Below the pieces are notes generated by a model. It saw only the letters and a list, made by a program, of their open reading frames with translations, searched no databases and was not told the origin of the DNA. Source: an uncultured archaeon (GTDB lineage Archaea; Asgardarchaeota; Lokiarchaeia; Sigyniarchaeales; SOKP01). Taken from it: a stretch of 64,000 bases of DNA. The position numbers and the translations under genes were made by a program. Position 1 is the first letter of the stretch. Each line of letters starts with the position of its first letter. The stretch is from positions 66-64,065 of the forward strand of contig CAYSZJ010000004.1 of NCBI GenBank assembly GCA_964435435.1, written 5' to 3'. Of the stretch, positions 1 through 9,200 are shown piece by piece.

Positions 1-374
1 CGTGTATTAATATATTAGATCCATTTTTGGCAAATGAATTGACTAAAAAATATGAAAATATATGGTTATTTGAAGCTATTAAAGGAAAGAAAACAATATA
101 ATGTCAAATGGATAAATTGGTAAAAACCTGTGTTTCTGAGTCGAAAAAATTTAGATTTTTTTATTCCCCTCTAATAAGTCTTTATTTAGCTCTCGATAAA
201 ATAAATTCTAACACATAGAACTTTATTTATATATTTATTTTTTAATAATACTAGAATATAATTAGAATAATAAGAAAGAGGAGAATTAAAATAAAGGGGG
301 AAAAAATAGATCAGAAAAAAGGTTTTAATTTACTGAAGGAAAAGGTTCCAGAATTTAGGAGTCCATTAAAAACA

Positions 375-1097
375 ATGATAATTATTATCATCGGACTGTT
401 TATTTTTACAGGCATTATGATCTTTTTCTGGTGGTTTGATGGATTGCTATGGTATGGGATTTTCGTCAGTCAATCAATTATTGCGTTTATCGCCTCGGTT
501 TTTATATATAGTTTTACAACAATGGCAGATAAATATAAAAAGAAATACGGAGATCTAGCATACCGATATTTCTTCTTCCATATTGTTATATTAACGCTTA
601 TAACTGGAAATGCCGGCATTTTTCATGTTCTTATAGTAGAGGGACCAGCTTTGCTTCCTCTATGGCTTGCTATAGTATTTGGGATCTTTTTTATTTTTAT
701 GCGCTTTTTATTCGAATGGCATCTTCGCAATTCTGGTTTCAATGAGATCGGACATGGTCTTGGAATATATATGCTATTTCCAGAAGAGGGAGAGCAAATT
801 AAGTCCGATATTTACTCATTTATTCGACATCCTATGTATGCTGGAGATCTCTGCCTTGCTTTAGGTTTTGCGTTTTTAAAAAACAATCTATTCGCTTTTA
901 TTATTGCCTTGATTGCTTTTATCCCCTTTGTCGTTGCAATAAGGTGTGAAGATAAGGAGTTAATAAAACGATTTGGAGAGAAACATAAACTTTATATTAA
1001 AGAGACTGGTGCTATTATCCCACATTTGAAGAATATAGGAAAATTTCTAAAATTTCTCTTTTCAAAAGAGAAAAAAACAAGTGAGAAATTAACTTGA
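375..1097 (+). CDS. Multi-pass membrane methyltransferase, ICMT/PEMT (isoprenylcysteine carboxyl / phospholipid methyltransferase) family
   Basis: 240-aa ORF with several hydrophobic helices. C-terminal 'IYSFIRHPMYAGDLCLALGF' resembles the RHPxY SAM-binding motif of this family. Confidence 0.6.
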   Translation: MIIIIIGLFIFTGIMIFFWWFDGLLWYGIFVSQSIIAFIASVFIYSFTTMADKYKKKYGDLAYRYFFFHIVILTLITGNAGIFHVLIVEGPALLPLWLAIVFGIFFIFMRFLFEWHLRNSGFNEIGHGLGIYMLFPEEGEQIKSDIYSFIRHPMYAGDLCLALGFAFLKNNLFAFIIALIAFIPFVVAIRCEDKELIKRFGEKHKLYIKETGAIIPHLKNIGKFLKFLFSKEKKTSEKLT

Positions 1098-1239
1098 ATA
1101 ATTATTATCAAACAATCTAATACTTTTTCCTAAAATAGTATCAAAAAAATGAAGGAGGGGATGATAAATAAATTAGATAGTTAAATAACTTTCTTTTACT
1201 TGAAATAGCATTCTTATTTAAAAAAAAATATAATATGTT

Positions 1240-1271
1240 ATTTTTTATGAGTAGTATTTTTTATGAGTAGT
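1240..1271. repeat. Perfect tandem duplication of a 16-nt unit (attttttatgagtagt x2)
   Basis: Read directly: 1240..1255 and 1256..1271 are identical. Lies in the convergent intergenic region between the ICMT-like and GNAT genes. Confidence 0.9.
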
Positions 1272-1504
1272 TTGCATGTAGTCCAACAGTCTGATTTCTG
1301 AAAATTTAGAATCTAGCGTTTAGAATCATTTTTGAACCTAAATATTTGTGTATCAAAAAAGAGATACAATCCCCGGGTTAAAGATGGTGTTTGAACCGAA
1401 ATATCTGAGGTTTTTCCAAGCAAGATTTGAACCGTTACCACTATGAAATAAAAAAAGTGGATTCCGATCTTACTTTTTATACTTGATTATCAAGTTATTA
1501 AAAG

Positions 1505-1990
1505 TTAAAACCTTTTTTCAAGAACAGTTATGATTGGTTGAAATCCTGCCTTAGCAAAAACATCAAGTAATTTTTTATCTGTTTTATACGCAAGATTTAT
1601 TCGAAGGGAGTCGCACCCCCATGACTCTAAAATTTGAGTAGCTTTATCCGCTAGAAGTTTACCCACACCTTTACCAATAAATTCTTTTTTAGTAGCCCAA
1701 TTATCAAGATATCCGATATATTGCCCAAGAGTATTTTTAACAGCCTCAATCATTCCCATACTTACCACTTGACCGGTAGATTTTAATTCTGCGATTAAGG
1801 TTATTCTTTTTAAATTGGGTTTAAATTGTCTTAACCCAGAAGACTCTCTCCATTGAGCTTCATTAAAGCCAATATCATAATATTCATTTAATTCTTTTAA
1901 GATCTCTAAAGTAGCTTGATAATCTGAAGTACGATAATTTCTAATTACTATATCTTCTTGCTTAATTTCTTCCTCTAACATAGTATACAC
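1505..1990 (-). CDS. GNAT-family N-acetyltransferase
   Basis: 161-aa ORF. 'FIGKGVGKLLADKA' fits the acetyl-CoA-binding motif A (Q/R-x-x-G-x-G/A). Size is typical of a single GNAT domain. Confidence 0.7.
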   Translation of the reverse strand: MYTMLEEEIKQEDIVIRNYRTSDYQATLEILKELNEYYDIGFNEAQWRESSGLRQFKPNLKRITLIAELKSTGQVVSMGMIEAVKNTLGQYIGYLDNWATKKEFIGKGVGKLLADKATQILESWGCDSLRINLAYKTDKKLLDVFAKAGFQPIITVLEKRF

Positions 1991-1993
1991 TAT

Positions 1994-3037
1994 TTAACTT
2001 GTAATTTTTTCTACTAATTTTAAATCAATTCTTTGTGTAAGAATTTTTTGATCAATTCCACCATCATCTAATTGACGAATAGAGAATAAATATTCGTCAA
2101 TATAAGGAACGATTGGTGTTACAAATAAAAGTTCCTCTTGGGGAAACCACATATCAACTTGTTGGGTCATTACTTCTTTCTCAAAAAATTCTTTAACATG
2201 AGTAATTGTAATAGAGATATTGTTCAATTCCTTATCTTTATTATTTTGGACAGTTATTTCTATTTCTTGACTATTTTCAATAAAATAAATATTTTTAATT
2301 GATAATGGAGTCGTGGTAGAAAGATCTACAGCAACCTGTTTTTTAGGATCAAATAAACCTACATTAGAAAATCTATTTTCCCCTTTAAGACTACTTAGAG
2401 GAGAAAACTCAAATCCTCTTATAGAGAAATAGGAAATAGCTTTTTGCGCTTTAAGAGAAGAAGCATCTGATTTTTTTTCTATAACTTTTGAGAAATAATC
2501 TTTAATAGTGTTATCAATTAATTCTCTCATAAAGACTTTTATTTTCATTCCCTCAGATATTCGCTCTTGAATTTTGGGTGTTTTAATAATCATTTCGGAT
2601 GCAATTTGACTTTCAATAACTTCAGATAATTGATCTTCAAATGTAATTCGTAAGTTATGAGTAAGTATTCGTATCAAATCATCTCCAAAAATATCTATCT
2701 CATTAGGTAAAGATACTATAAGTACTATAGTTTCAGGAGTTTCTTCTTTAAGTCCTGCCCTTCTCTTTTCTCTTTCTGATTTTGCTAAGAATTTTTTACC
2801 AAAAAAGGTGTAACCCTTATATTCTAAATCAATATGGTCTAACTCATCAGTTTCTAAAAACCAAACAGGATGATAATGGATCGGATGCATATATTTTTTA
2901 TTACTTCTGAGTCTATCATCAGGATACATTAACAGTGGAATTTGTCCCTTTTTTTCATCAAAATACAATACATATACAACGCATAAATCTTCATTAGGGT
3001 TTTTTTCCACTGCTGTGTTGTTAAATACGTCCGCCAC
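1994..3037 (-). CDS. Hypothetical protein; N-terminal ~140 aa possibly longin/uDENN-like
   Basis: 347-aa ORF with a GTG start, ending 3 nt upstream of the GNAT gene. N-terminal pattern 'LCVVYVLYFDEKKGQIPLLMYPDD ... YKGYTFFGKKF ... ETIVLIVSLPNEIDIFGDDLIRIL' alternates beta and alpha segments like longin/uDENN folds. No catalytic motif seen. Confidence 0.5.
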   Translation of the reverse strand: MADVFNNTAVEKNPNEDLCVVYVLYFDEKKGQIPLLMYPDDRLRSNKKYMHPIHYHPVWFLETDELDHIDLEYKGYTFFGKKFLAKSEREKRRAGLKEETPETIVLIVSLPNEIDIFGDDLIRILTHNLRITFEDQLSEVIESQIASEMIIKTPKIQERISEGMKIKVFMRELIDNTIKDYFSKVIEKKSDASSLKAQKAISYFSIRGFEFSPLSSLKGENRFSNVGLFDPKKQVAVDLSTTTPLSIKNIYFIENSQEIEITVQNNKDKELNNISITITHVKEFFEKEVMTQQVDMWFPQEELLFVTPIVPYIDEYLFSIRQLDDGGIDQKILTQRIDLKLVEKITS

Positions 3038-3180
3038 TTGAAACCATTCTAAGAAGTAATTTTAAACATACAAATTATACTTTTTTCAAAAGAATTAAAT
3101 AATTCTTATTCTAAAAATTTAACTATAAAAAAATGTAAATAAATAGTAAAATTCTGTTTGTTGAATTGTCTCACGTTTTT

Positions 3181-3384
3181 AGCTTAGGACATCAAGTTGC
3201 TGCAAATATGCATTTTGTAATGTCTACAAGATGCGATTAGCTAGAATTTCCTTTTTGGCTGGAACAATATCAAATTTTAGAAGAACCTATTAAAATTGAA
3301 AAGGGTTTTGTGAAGGCAATAGATAAACCTGGGTTAGGAGTAGAAATTAATAAAAAAATATTTGAACAACATGTAATAAATTAA
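3181..3384 (+). pseudogene. 3'-terminal remnant of an enolase-superfamily (mandelate racemase/muconate lactonizing enzyme-like) gene
   Basis: No start codon. 'SLGHQVAANMHFVMS..' ends at TAG 3238..3240. A second frame then reads 'LEQYQILEEPIKIEKGFVKAIDKPGLGVEINKKIFEQHVIN*' (stop 3382..3384). The ..PGLGVE.. C-terminal signature is typical of this family. Confidence 0.45.
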
Positions 3385-3484
3385 TTTTATTTCTTTCTAC
3401 TTTTATGGAATTGAGATAATAAAAATAGAAATTTAGAAATCCTGTTTAAAAAGAATCAATATATTTTTATATTAACTTCTTATA

Positions 3485-4423
3485 ATGAATAATAAGGAGA
3501 ATCCAAAATTAAAAAGGGTCAATATGATAATTGATGGGCATTGTCATGTGTGGGATGAAGAATCCATATCTGGTGAATTATATAAAGTTCTTAAATTAAT
3601 AGCAAAGCAATATAACTTTGAGCCAGATTTAATTCTTAATGGCACACATGAAAGATTGGTTGAAGAAATGGATGAAGCAGGTATAGATAAAACGGTAATC
3701 GTATCTTTAGATTATGAATATCTATATAGAGGAGATCTTAGTTACAAAGAATATAATGATAGAATTGCTGAAATGGTAAATGATTATCCTGACAGGTTAA
3801 TTGGGTTTGGGGGTATAGATCCACGGAGAGGAAAAGCCGCAATAAAAGAATTAGAACGATGTATTGAAGAATTAGGATTTAAGGGAGTAAAATTCTGGAC
3901 ATTGACTGGTTTTTATCCAGATGATTTAAAGTTTTATCCTTTCTATAAAAGGGTAGAAGAACTGGGAGCGTTAATATTCTGTCATACAGGTATGGGTCCT
4001 GCTACTACCTATATTAAATATTGCAGACCTGAATATGTAGACACTGTTGCTGTGGATTTTCCAAATATTAAATTTATTATGGCACATATAGGTGATCCGT
4101 GGACAAATGAGGCAATTGCTGTAGCTACAAAAAATCCAAATGTCTATCTTGATATCTCTGCATGGGAACCAACGTTAAAAATGGCCCCATTTTTGTTCTA
4201 TCAAACTCTTATACAAGCAAAGTTATCATGTGGTATAAATAAGATATTATTTGGAACAGATTGGCCATTGTTTACTCCCATTCTATCTCTAAAAAAATGG
4301 GTAAATGGAATTAAAAAAATGAAACTTCCACCGCCCCTTCAATTGATGGGTTTACCTGAATTTTCTGAAGATGAAAAGAATAAAATACTTGGAGAAAATG
4401 CTACAAAACTCCTAGGATTATAA
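3485..4423 (+). CDS. Amidohydrolase-2 family metal-dependent hydrolase (TIM-barrel fold)
   Basis: 312-aa ORF. N-terminal 'IIDGHCHVWDEE' is the H-x-H metal motif. 'MAHIGDPW' and 'LFGTDWP' supply the later His/Asp ligands typical of PF04909-type amidohydrolases. Confidence 0.7.
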   Translation: MNNKENPKLKRVNMIIDGHCHVWDEESISGELYKVLKLIAKQYNFEPDLILNGTHERLVEEMDEAGIDKTVIVSLDYEYLYRGDLSYKEYNDRIAEMVNDYPDRLIGFGGIDPRRGKAAIKELERCIEELGFKGVKFWTLTGFYPDDLKFYPFYKRVEELGALIFCHTGMGPATTYIKYCRPEYVDTVAVDFPNIKFIMAHIGDPWTNEAIAVATKNPNVYLDISAWEPTLKMAPFLFYQTLIQAKLSCGINKILFGTDWPLFTPILSLKKWVNGIKKMKLPPPLQLMGLPEFSEDEKNKILGENATKLLGL

Positions 4424-4505
4424 TTTTTAATTAGTTTAAAATATTAAAAATATTATTTTTTGTTTTTTATATTCGAATATAGAGCGTAAGAAAAAATATA
4501 ATTAA

Positions 4506-5873
4506 TTAACTGGATTTCCTTTCTAGTTCTTTTCTTCTCTTTAGCATAAAATTTCTGCATTGTTCAGATTCTTTTGAATAAAAGAAATAAGGTAACAACC
4601 AAAAGAAACTTCCAAATAAATAGATGAATAGCACTATAGAAATAGCAAAAGGTAATAAAGCTATATTCTTTTCTATCAAAGAAGACAATAGTAAATTACC
4701 AATAATCCCTCCAATATTTACCATTAAGCCATTCATAGCATTAGCAGTACTCCTTGCTTCAGGAGGGCATACATCAGCATATATCGCAAATTGATTACCC
4801 ATTGGGAATGCTACAAAAAAGAATCCTAGATAGCCCAAAATTAAGAATAATATCCAAGAAAAGATTACTTCTAAGGGAGTTGATGCAAAGAAAGGAATTA
4901 AATAGAATGCTAATAACAATAAAACTCCAAAAATTAGACCTAAAATTGAGATAATCACTCGACCATTCATTTTTTCTTTATTAAAATAAGAATCTCCTAA
5001 CTTCCCTCCTATAATTGATCCCGGAAGTGCACCACTACCTGATAGTATATAAAGAATGATAGCAATTAATTCAGCATCAGCACCATTAATTTTTGAGCTT
5101 AAATAAAAAATTGCCCAGATAGCAAGTGTAGCATTAGCTATCCCAGCAGAAAGCACTGAAATTAAAATACCTAATATTGATTTTGTCTTAAATAATTGTT
5201 TAAGGTTATTAAAAGTTATTTTATAATTATAATTGATTTCTCCTTTAAAATTCTCGAATTCTGGCTCAGTTCGACCTTTTTCCGGTTCTATACCTACAAA
5301 TACATAAAATAATAAAGCTAAAAACCCTAAAATAAATCCTAAACCATAAGAAAATCTCCATCCTAATGGTCCTGCGTAGCTTCCTAAAAAACCTCCGAAT
5401 ATAATTCCCATTCCAGTTCCTAATACCAAACCAAATTGCATTCCGCCAAATCTTTTGCCTCTTTCTTTTGAAGGGAAAAAATCTCCTATCATTGCAAATC
5501 CAAGTGGCATAAATGCCCCTGTGCCAATTGCACTTATAGTGATAAAGAATAAATAATAGAAGTAGTTTAATGATAATGAAGCTAATCCATATGAAATAAT
5601 CCATACGAGATTAATATAGGCAAATACTTTTTTCCTCGAAAATCTTTCAGCTATTTTATCTCCATAATAACCAAAAATTAATATACTAAAAATTCCAACA
5701 ATTAAATTGATAGCTGTTAATATACCTATTCCGAATTTTGTGGTGTTAGGAAGAGTTAGTAATAAATTATCTATATTCACAGGTAAAATTCCAATACAAA
5801 AAAAAATCATAAAATAAAGAAGAAACAATGAGAGGAAAGTCTTTCTTCTTTTTATTTGATAAATTTCATCCAT
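4506..5873 (-). CDS. MFS transporter
   Basis: 455-aa ORF with about 12 hydrophobic helices. Loop 'GDKIAERFSRKK' resembles the MFS motif-A region between TM2 and TM3. Confidence 0.75.
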   Translation of the reverse strand: MDEIYQIKRRKTFLSLFLLYFMIFFCIGILPVNIDNLLLTLPNTTKFGIGILTAINLIVGIFSILIFGYYGDKIAERFSRKKVFAYINLVWIISYGLASLSLNYFYYLFFITISAIGTGAFMPLGFAMIGDFFPSKERGKRFGGMQFGLVLGTGMGIIFGGFLGSYAGPLGWRFSYGLGFILGFLALLFYVFVGIEPEKGRTEPEFENFKGEINYNYKITFNNLKQLFKTKSILGILISVLSAGIANATLAIWAIFYLSSKINGADAELIAIILYILSGSGALPGSIIGGKLGDSYFNKEKMNGRVIISILGLIFGVLLLLAFYLIPFFASTPLEVIFSWILFLILGYLGFFFVAFPMGNQFAIYADVCPPEARSTANAMNGLMVNIGGIIGNLLLSSLIEKNIALLPFAISIVLFIYLFGSFFWLLPYFFYSKESEQCRNFMLKRRKELERKSS

Positions 5874-6017
5874 TTTTTCGAGTCAAAATCGTCTATTTAG
5901 TTTAAGTGAATTTGTTAGGATCTTTCGAATAATAGTATTTGAATTTCTTTTTATAATAAAGTTTATTTTCATTACAAAGAGATAATTCTAATATTAAAAA
6001 AAGGAAAATATTGATAA

Positions 6018-8243
6018 TTAATTTAATTCTACTTTTGTGAATTTTCCTATATCCTTAGAAAGTGTTGTTAAAACTTTCTCTTCTAATTCCTCTGGTATAT
6101 GCCTAAATGAAAAATCTTCTAATTCTGGTAAAAGATTTTGAATAGTTAATCTAGTAATATAATCTAAATGATCACATAAGGCAAATAATTGAAAATGATC
6201 TGAGTTATCTATTAACACAGCACCTCTACTTACAGTGAAATAATTTACTTGTTGTTGTAACATGTTTTTCGTGAAATTATTCCAGAGATCATGAAATCCT
6301 AGTAGATAATGAGTATCCATAGAAGAACCATCCTTTTCATTCTGTAAAACTAATTCCCACATGGAATCTTGTGTTCCTATGAATATTGTATAAACCACAC
6401 TTTTTTTTTTGGATCTAGTTTCCTCAGATTTTCTGAATGTTAATCTTTGAAACATTTTTCGTAGAATCGAACCAGAAGATTTTTCTATAATGCCAGAATT
6501 TAATTGTTCTAGATTTTCAGATATTTCTTTTTGTAAATTTGAAAGATTATAGTTCTGTGCTATTTTCAATGCTTCTTCAAAATAAAGCTTAGCTTGTTCG
6601 GGTAATTTACTTTCTGCTGCTAGTAATCCTTTAAGTATGACTAACCTACATAGATCTAAATAGCTTTGATTTTCAATGGCAATAGTTTTCGCCAGATCTA
6701 AATGGTTATACGAATGATTTAAATGTTCAAGGTCACCCGTTTCCTGAAAATATTTAAAATATGCTTCTGCAAGCCTGATTTCAATATCACTGGCATCTTC
6801 AACGGATTGATTCTTAAACATAATCTCTCTTTCTTCTTTCAAATGAGTGATCAATTCTGACCAATTATTCCTCAATTCTCCTTCTATTGCTTGTAAATCA
6901 TGTATAAAAATATGACCTACAGGTGATTCTAGGAACTCTGAATCCTCTGGAGTGTTATTTTTCACAAATTCTAACAATTCAAGAGAATCTGTTTTACCAG
7001 CAATTCTTTTGAGAGTAGAAAGAAGATCAATTTTATAATATGTAGGTAAATTCTCTTCTAAGAGTACCTTTTTGCATAACTCTCGTGACTCATCATAACG
7101 TTCAGAAATAAAAAGTGTTTCAGCAATAATACTCATTATAGAACTTCTGATAAAAAATTCTTCTTGAACAACCGGTAATTCTAATATGGCTTTTTGGCGT
7201 CTTAATGCCTGATCATATAGACCTTGTTTGGATTCTAGGACCGACATATTTGTAGAAATAACCGCATTAGTTCTTTCATCTCCTAATTCTTCACTGACTT
7301 TTAGTACAATCTCAAATATTTTTAATGCTTTTTCTAAATCCCCGCTAGATTGCGTGACAGCTGCATAAAAATTTCCAGTGACACTTATTACTTCTCGGTT
7401 TTCTAAAACTTGCCCAAAATTAAAAACTGGTTCTATTAAAGTTATTGCTTCGTTTATTTTTCCGAGAAAATATAACCTAAAACCATAATATCCTTGTAAA
7501 AGCATTAATCCCGTTTTCATTTCTATAGAAGTCTGATCGCCCCATTCTTTGTGATTTTTATCATATAATTCTTCTAAAAGATCATAAGCACTTAAGCGAA
7601 GAAATACTTCAGCTTTTGCCACAGCTTCTTCTAATTGAATAATCGGTGGAGCAAATTTAAACTCAATTCTCTTAGCTATTTTTATTAATTCTGATGAGGG
7701 CGTAAACCTTGCTTGTAACCGTAAATATATTAAATAACTCCAAGAATTAGGTTCATACTTAATTTTTATAAGCTCTTTACCTTTTCCAATAGTAAAACCC
7801 CACTTTACAGCAAGAAATGTAATTAATTGGCTATTTGGATGATTAAGCCATAACTCTGTTAAACATACGTACCACTCTTGTGGTGATTTATTAAAAGGTT
7901 CTGATAATGATGAAAGAATTATTTTCTCTTCATCATTTGCCAAAGATAGGTAGATTCGAAGTTCTAATGGAATATATTGATGAAGATTGTTCCATGTGTC
8001 GGGAGCTCCTTTAATAGTTAATTTTTCTTCATAATAATCTTTATGAGCGCGATATTCGCCTTTATCATCAATGACAACAACATTAATATGTGATGAACCT
8101 GAATCAGCCGGATGACCCACCCTAATTGTATACAACTTTCCAATCATTAAATTACCTGACTCAGATTTATGGATATATGTCTTAGGATTATTCGGATCAA
8201 AATTGATCTTTTCATCACATATTTTACAGTTAATCTCAGTCAT
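6018..8243 (-). CDS. Large TPR-like repeat protein, possible GTPase partner/regulator; C-terminal ~130 aa possibly roadblock/longin-like
   Basis: 741-aa ORF starting 43 nt downstream of the small GTPase gene on the same strand. The central region has helical repeat character (e.g. 'EKALKIFEIVLKVSEELGDER', 'EQAKLYFEEALKIAQNY'). The C-terminal alpha/beta segment 'VVYTIFIGTQDSMWELVL...FTVSRGAVLIDNSDHFQLFALCD' is an uncertain assignment. Confidence 0.55.
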   Translation of the reverse strand: MTEINCKICDEKINFDPNNPKTYIHKSESGNLMIGKLYTIRVGHPADSGSSHINVVVIDDKGEYRAHKDYYEEKLTIKGAPDTWNNLHQYIPLELRIYLSLANDEEKIILSSLSEPFNKSPQEWYVCLTELWLNHPNSQLITFLAVKWGFTIGKGKELIKIKYEPNSWSYLIYLRLQARFTPSSELIKIAKRIEFKFAPPIIQLEEAVAKAEVFLRLSAYDLLEELYDKNHKEWGDQTSIEMKTGLMLLQGYYGFRLYFLGKINEAITLIEPVFNFGQVLENREVISVTGNFYAAVTQSSGDLEKALKIFEIVLKVSEELGDERTNAVISTNMSVLESKQGLYDQALRRQKAILELPVVQEEFFIRSSIMSIIAETLFISERYDESRELCKKVLLEENLPTYYKIDLLSTLKRIAGKTDSLELLEFVKNNTPEDSEFLESPVGHIFIHDLQAIEGELRNNWSELITHLKEEREIMFKNQSVEDASDIEIRLAEAYFKYFQETGDLEHLNHSYNHLDLAKTIAIENQSYLDLCRLVILKGLLAAESKLPEQAKLYFEEALKIAQNYNLSNLQKEISENLEQLNSGIIEKSSGSILRKMFQRLTFRKSEETRSKKKSVVYTIFIGTQDSMWELVLQNEKDGSSMDTHYLLGFHDLWNNFTKNMLQQQVNYFTVSRGAVLIDNSDHFQLFALCDHLDYITRLTIQNLLPELEDFSFRHIPEELEEKVLTTLSKDIGKFTKVELN

Positions 8244-8286
8244 TATAATACCTCATCTTGCCTATTTGAAGATGAGAATTAATATT

Positions 8287-8907
8287 TCATTTTATAACAC
8301 TTTTTCTCTCATTAAAAAGATTTTTACCAATTTTGATAATCACATTTAATAATTTATCAATACCTCTTCCATCTAGTGAACAAGTTTCAACATATGTTTG
8401 AAAAAATTTATCTTTGCCTACTACAGCTTCGATTAATTCTTTTGATATATTTTTGTCTAAATCAATTTTATTTCCGACTAGAATTATAGCAGTATTATGA
8501 TTATTATTTTTATTATTAAGACCTATAAGTTGTATCCAATTATTAAGATTTTCAAATGATTCATATCTATCTACAGAAAAAACAAAGATATAAATATCTA
8601 TTAATGTGATTACTTGATCTTTTAAAATATCAAGAGGATGTACACCTGGCGTTCTTTGTCCAGCTAAATCATAGCACTGAAATATTAAACTTTTATAGGT
8701 CCAACTTTCGATTTCAATAAAGGGAGTACGAGCGATTTTTTTATTATTTATCACTTTTTTACCTGAAGAATTTTTTATTTGATTAGTGGTTTTTTGAAGA
8801 AGTGCTTGAACTAATGTTGTTTTTCCAACCGCTCCATCCCCCACAACTGTCATTCGCACTATTTGCTTTGATTTCTTTAACCGAGATAGGAATTTAGATA
8901 GTGTCAC
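8287..8907 (-). CDS. Ras/Rab-like small GTPase
   Basis: 206 aa. G1 'GDGAVGKTT', G3 'DLAGQ', G4 'GNKIDL' and a G5-like 'ETCSL'. Has an insertion in the switch I region. Confidence 0.8.
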   Translation of the reverse strand: MTLSKFLSRLKKSKQIVRMTVVGDGAVGKTTLVQALLQKTTNQIKNSSGKKVINNKKIARTPFIEIESWTYKSLIFQCYDLAGQRTPGVHPLDILKDQVITLIDIYIFVFSVDRYESFENLNNWIQLIGLNNKNNNHNTAIILVGNKIDLDKNISKELIEAVVGKDKFFQTYVETCSLDGRGIDKLLNVIIKIGKNLFNERKSVIK

Positions 8908-9200
8908 TAATTACATTACACCAGCTCTTAAAAAATATTTTTTTTTGAAATGTTCCCTAATTAAGGATGTAGTTATCTATCTATCTATCAAAAATCAAAG
9001 AATTTAAGAGAATTCTTTCGAACTGTTTTACGTGTCATTCATAGAAACAAAGAATTTTTCCTGAATTTCATTTGATAAAGATGAAATTATATTTCGACCA
9101 AAAAAAAGTGAAAAAAAATAAATAATAAAAGAAAGAGATATTCATAATCAAATAATTAAATTATATGAAATTTCAATCAAATAGAAAAAGTTGATTTTGA

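Noticed and set aside
1326-1440. tRNA or tRNA fragment, suggested by GGTTCAAA (T-loop-like) motifs on the minus strand.
   Set aside because: Flanking bases do not form a T-stem, acceptor stem or anticodon arm, and no cloverleaf can be drawn. These are recorded only as short repeats.
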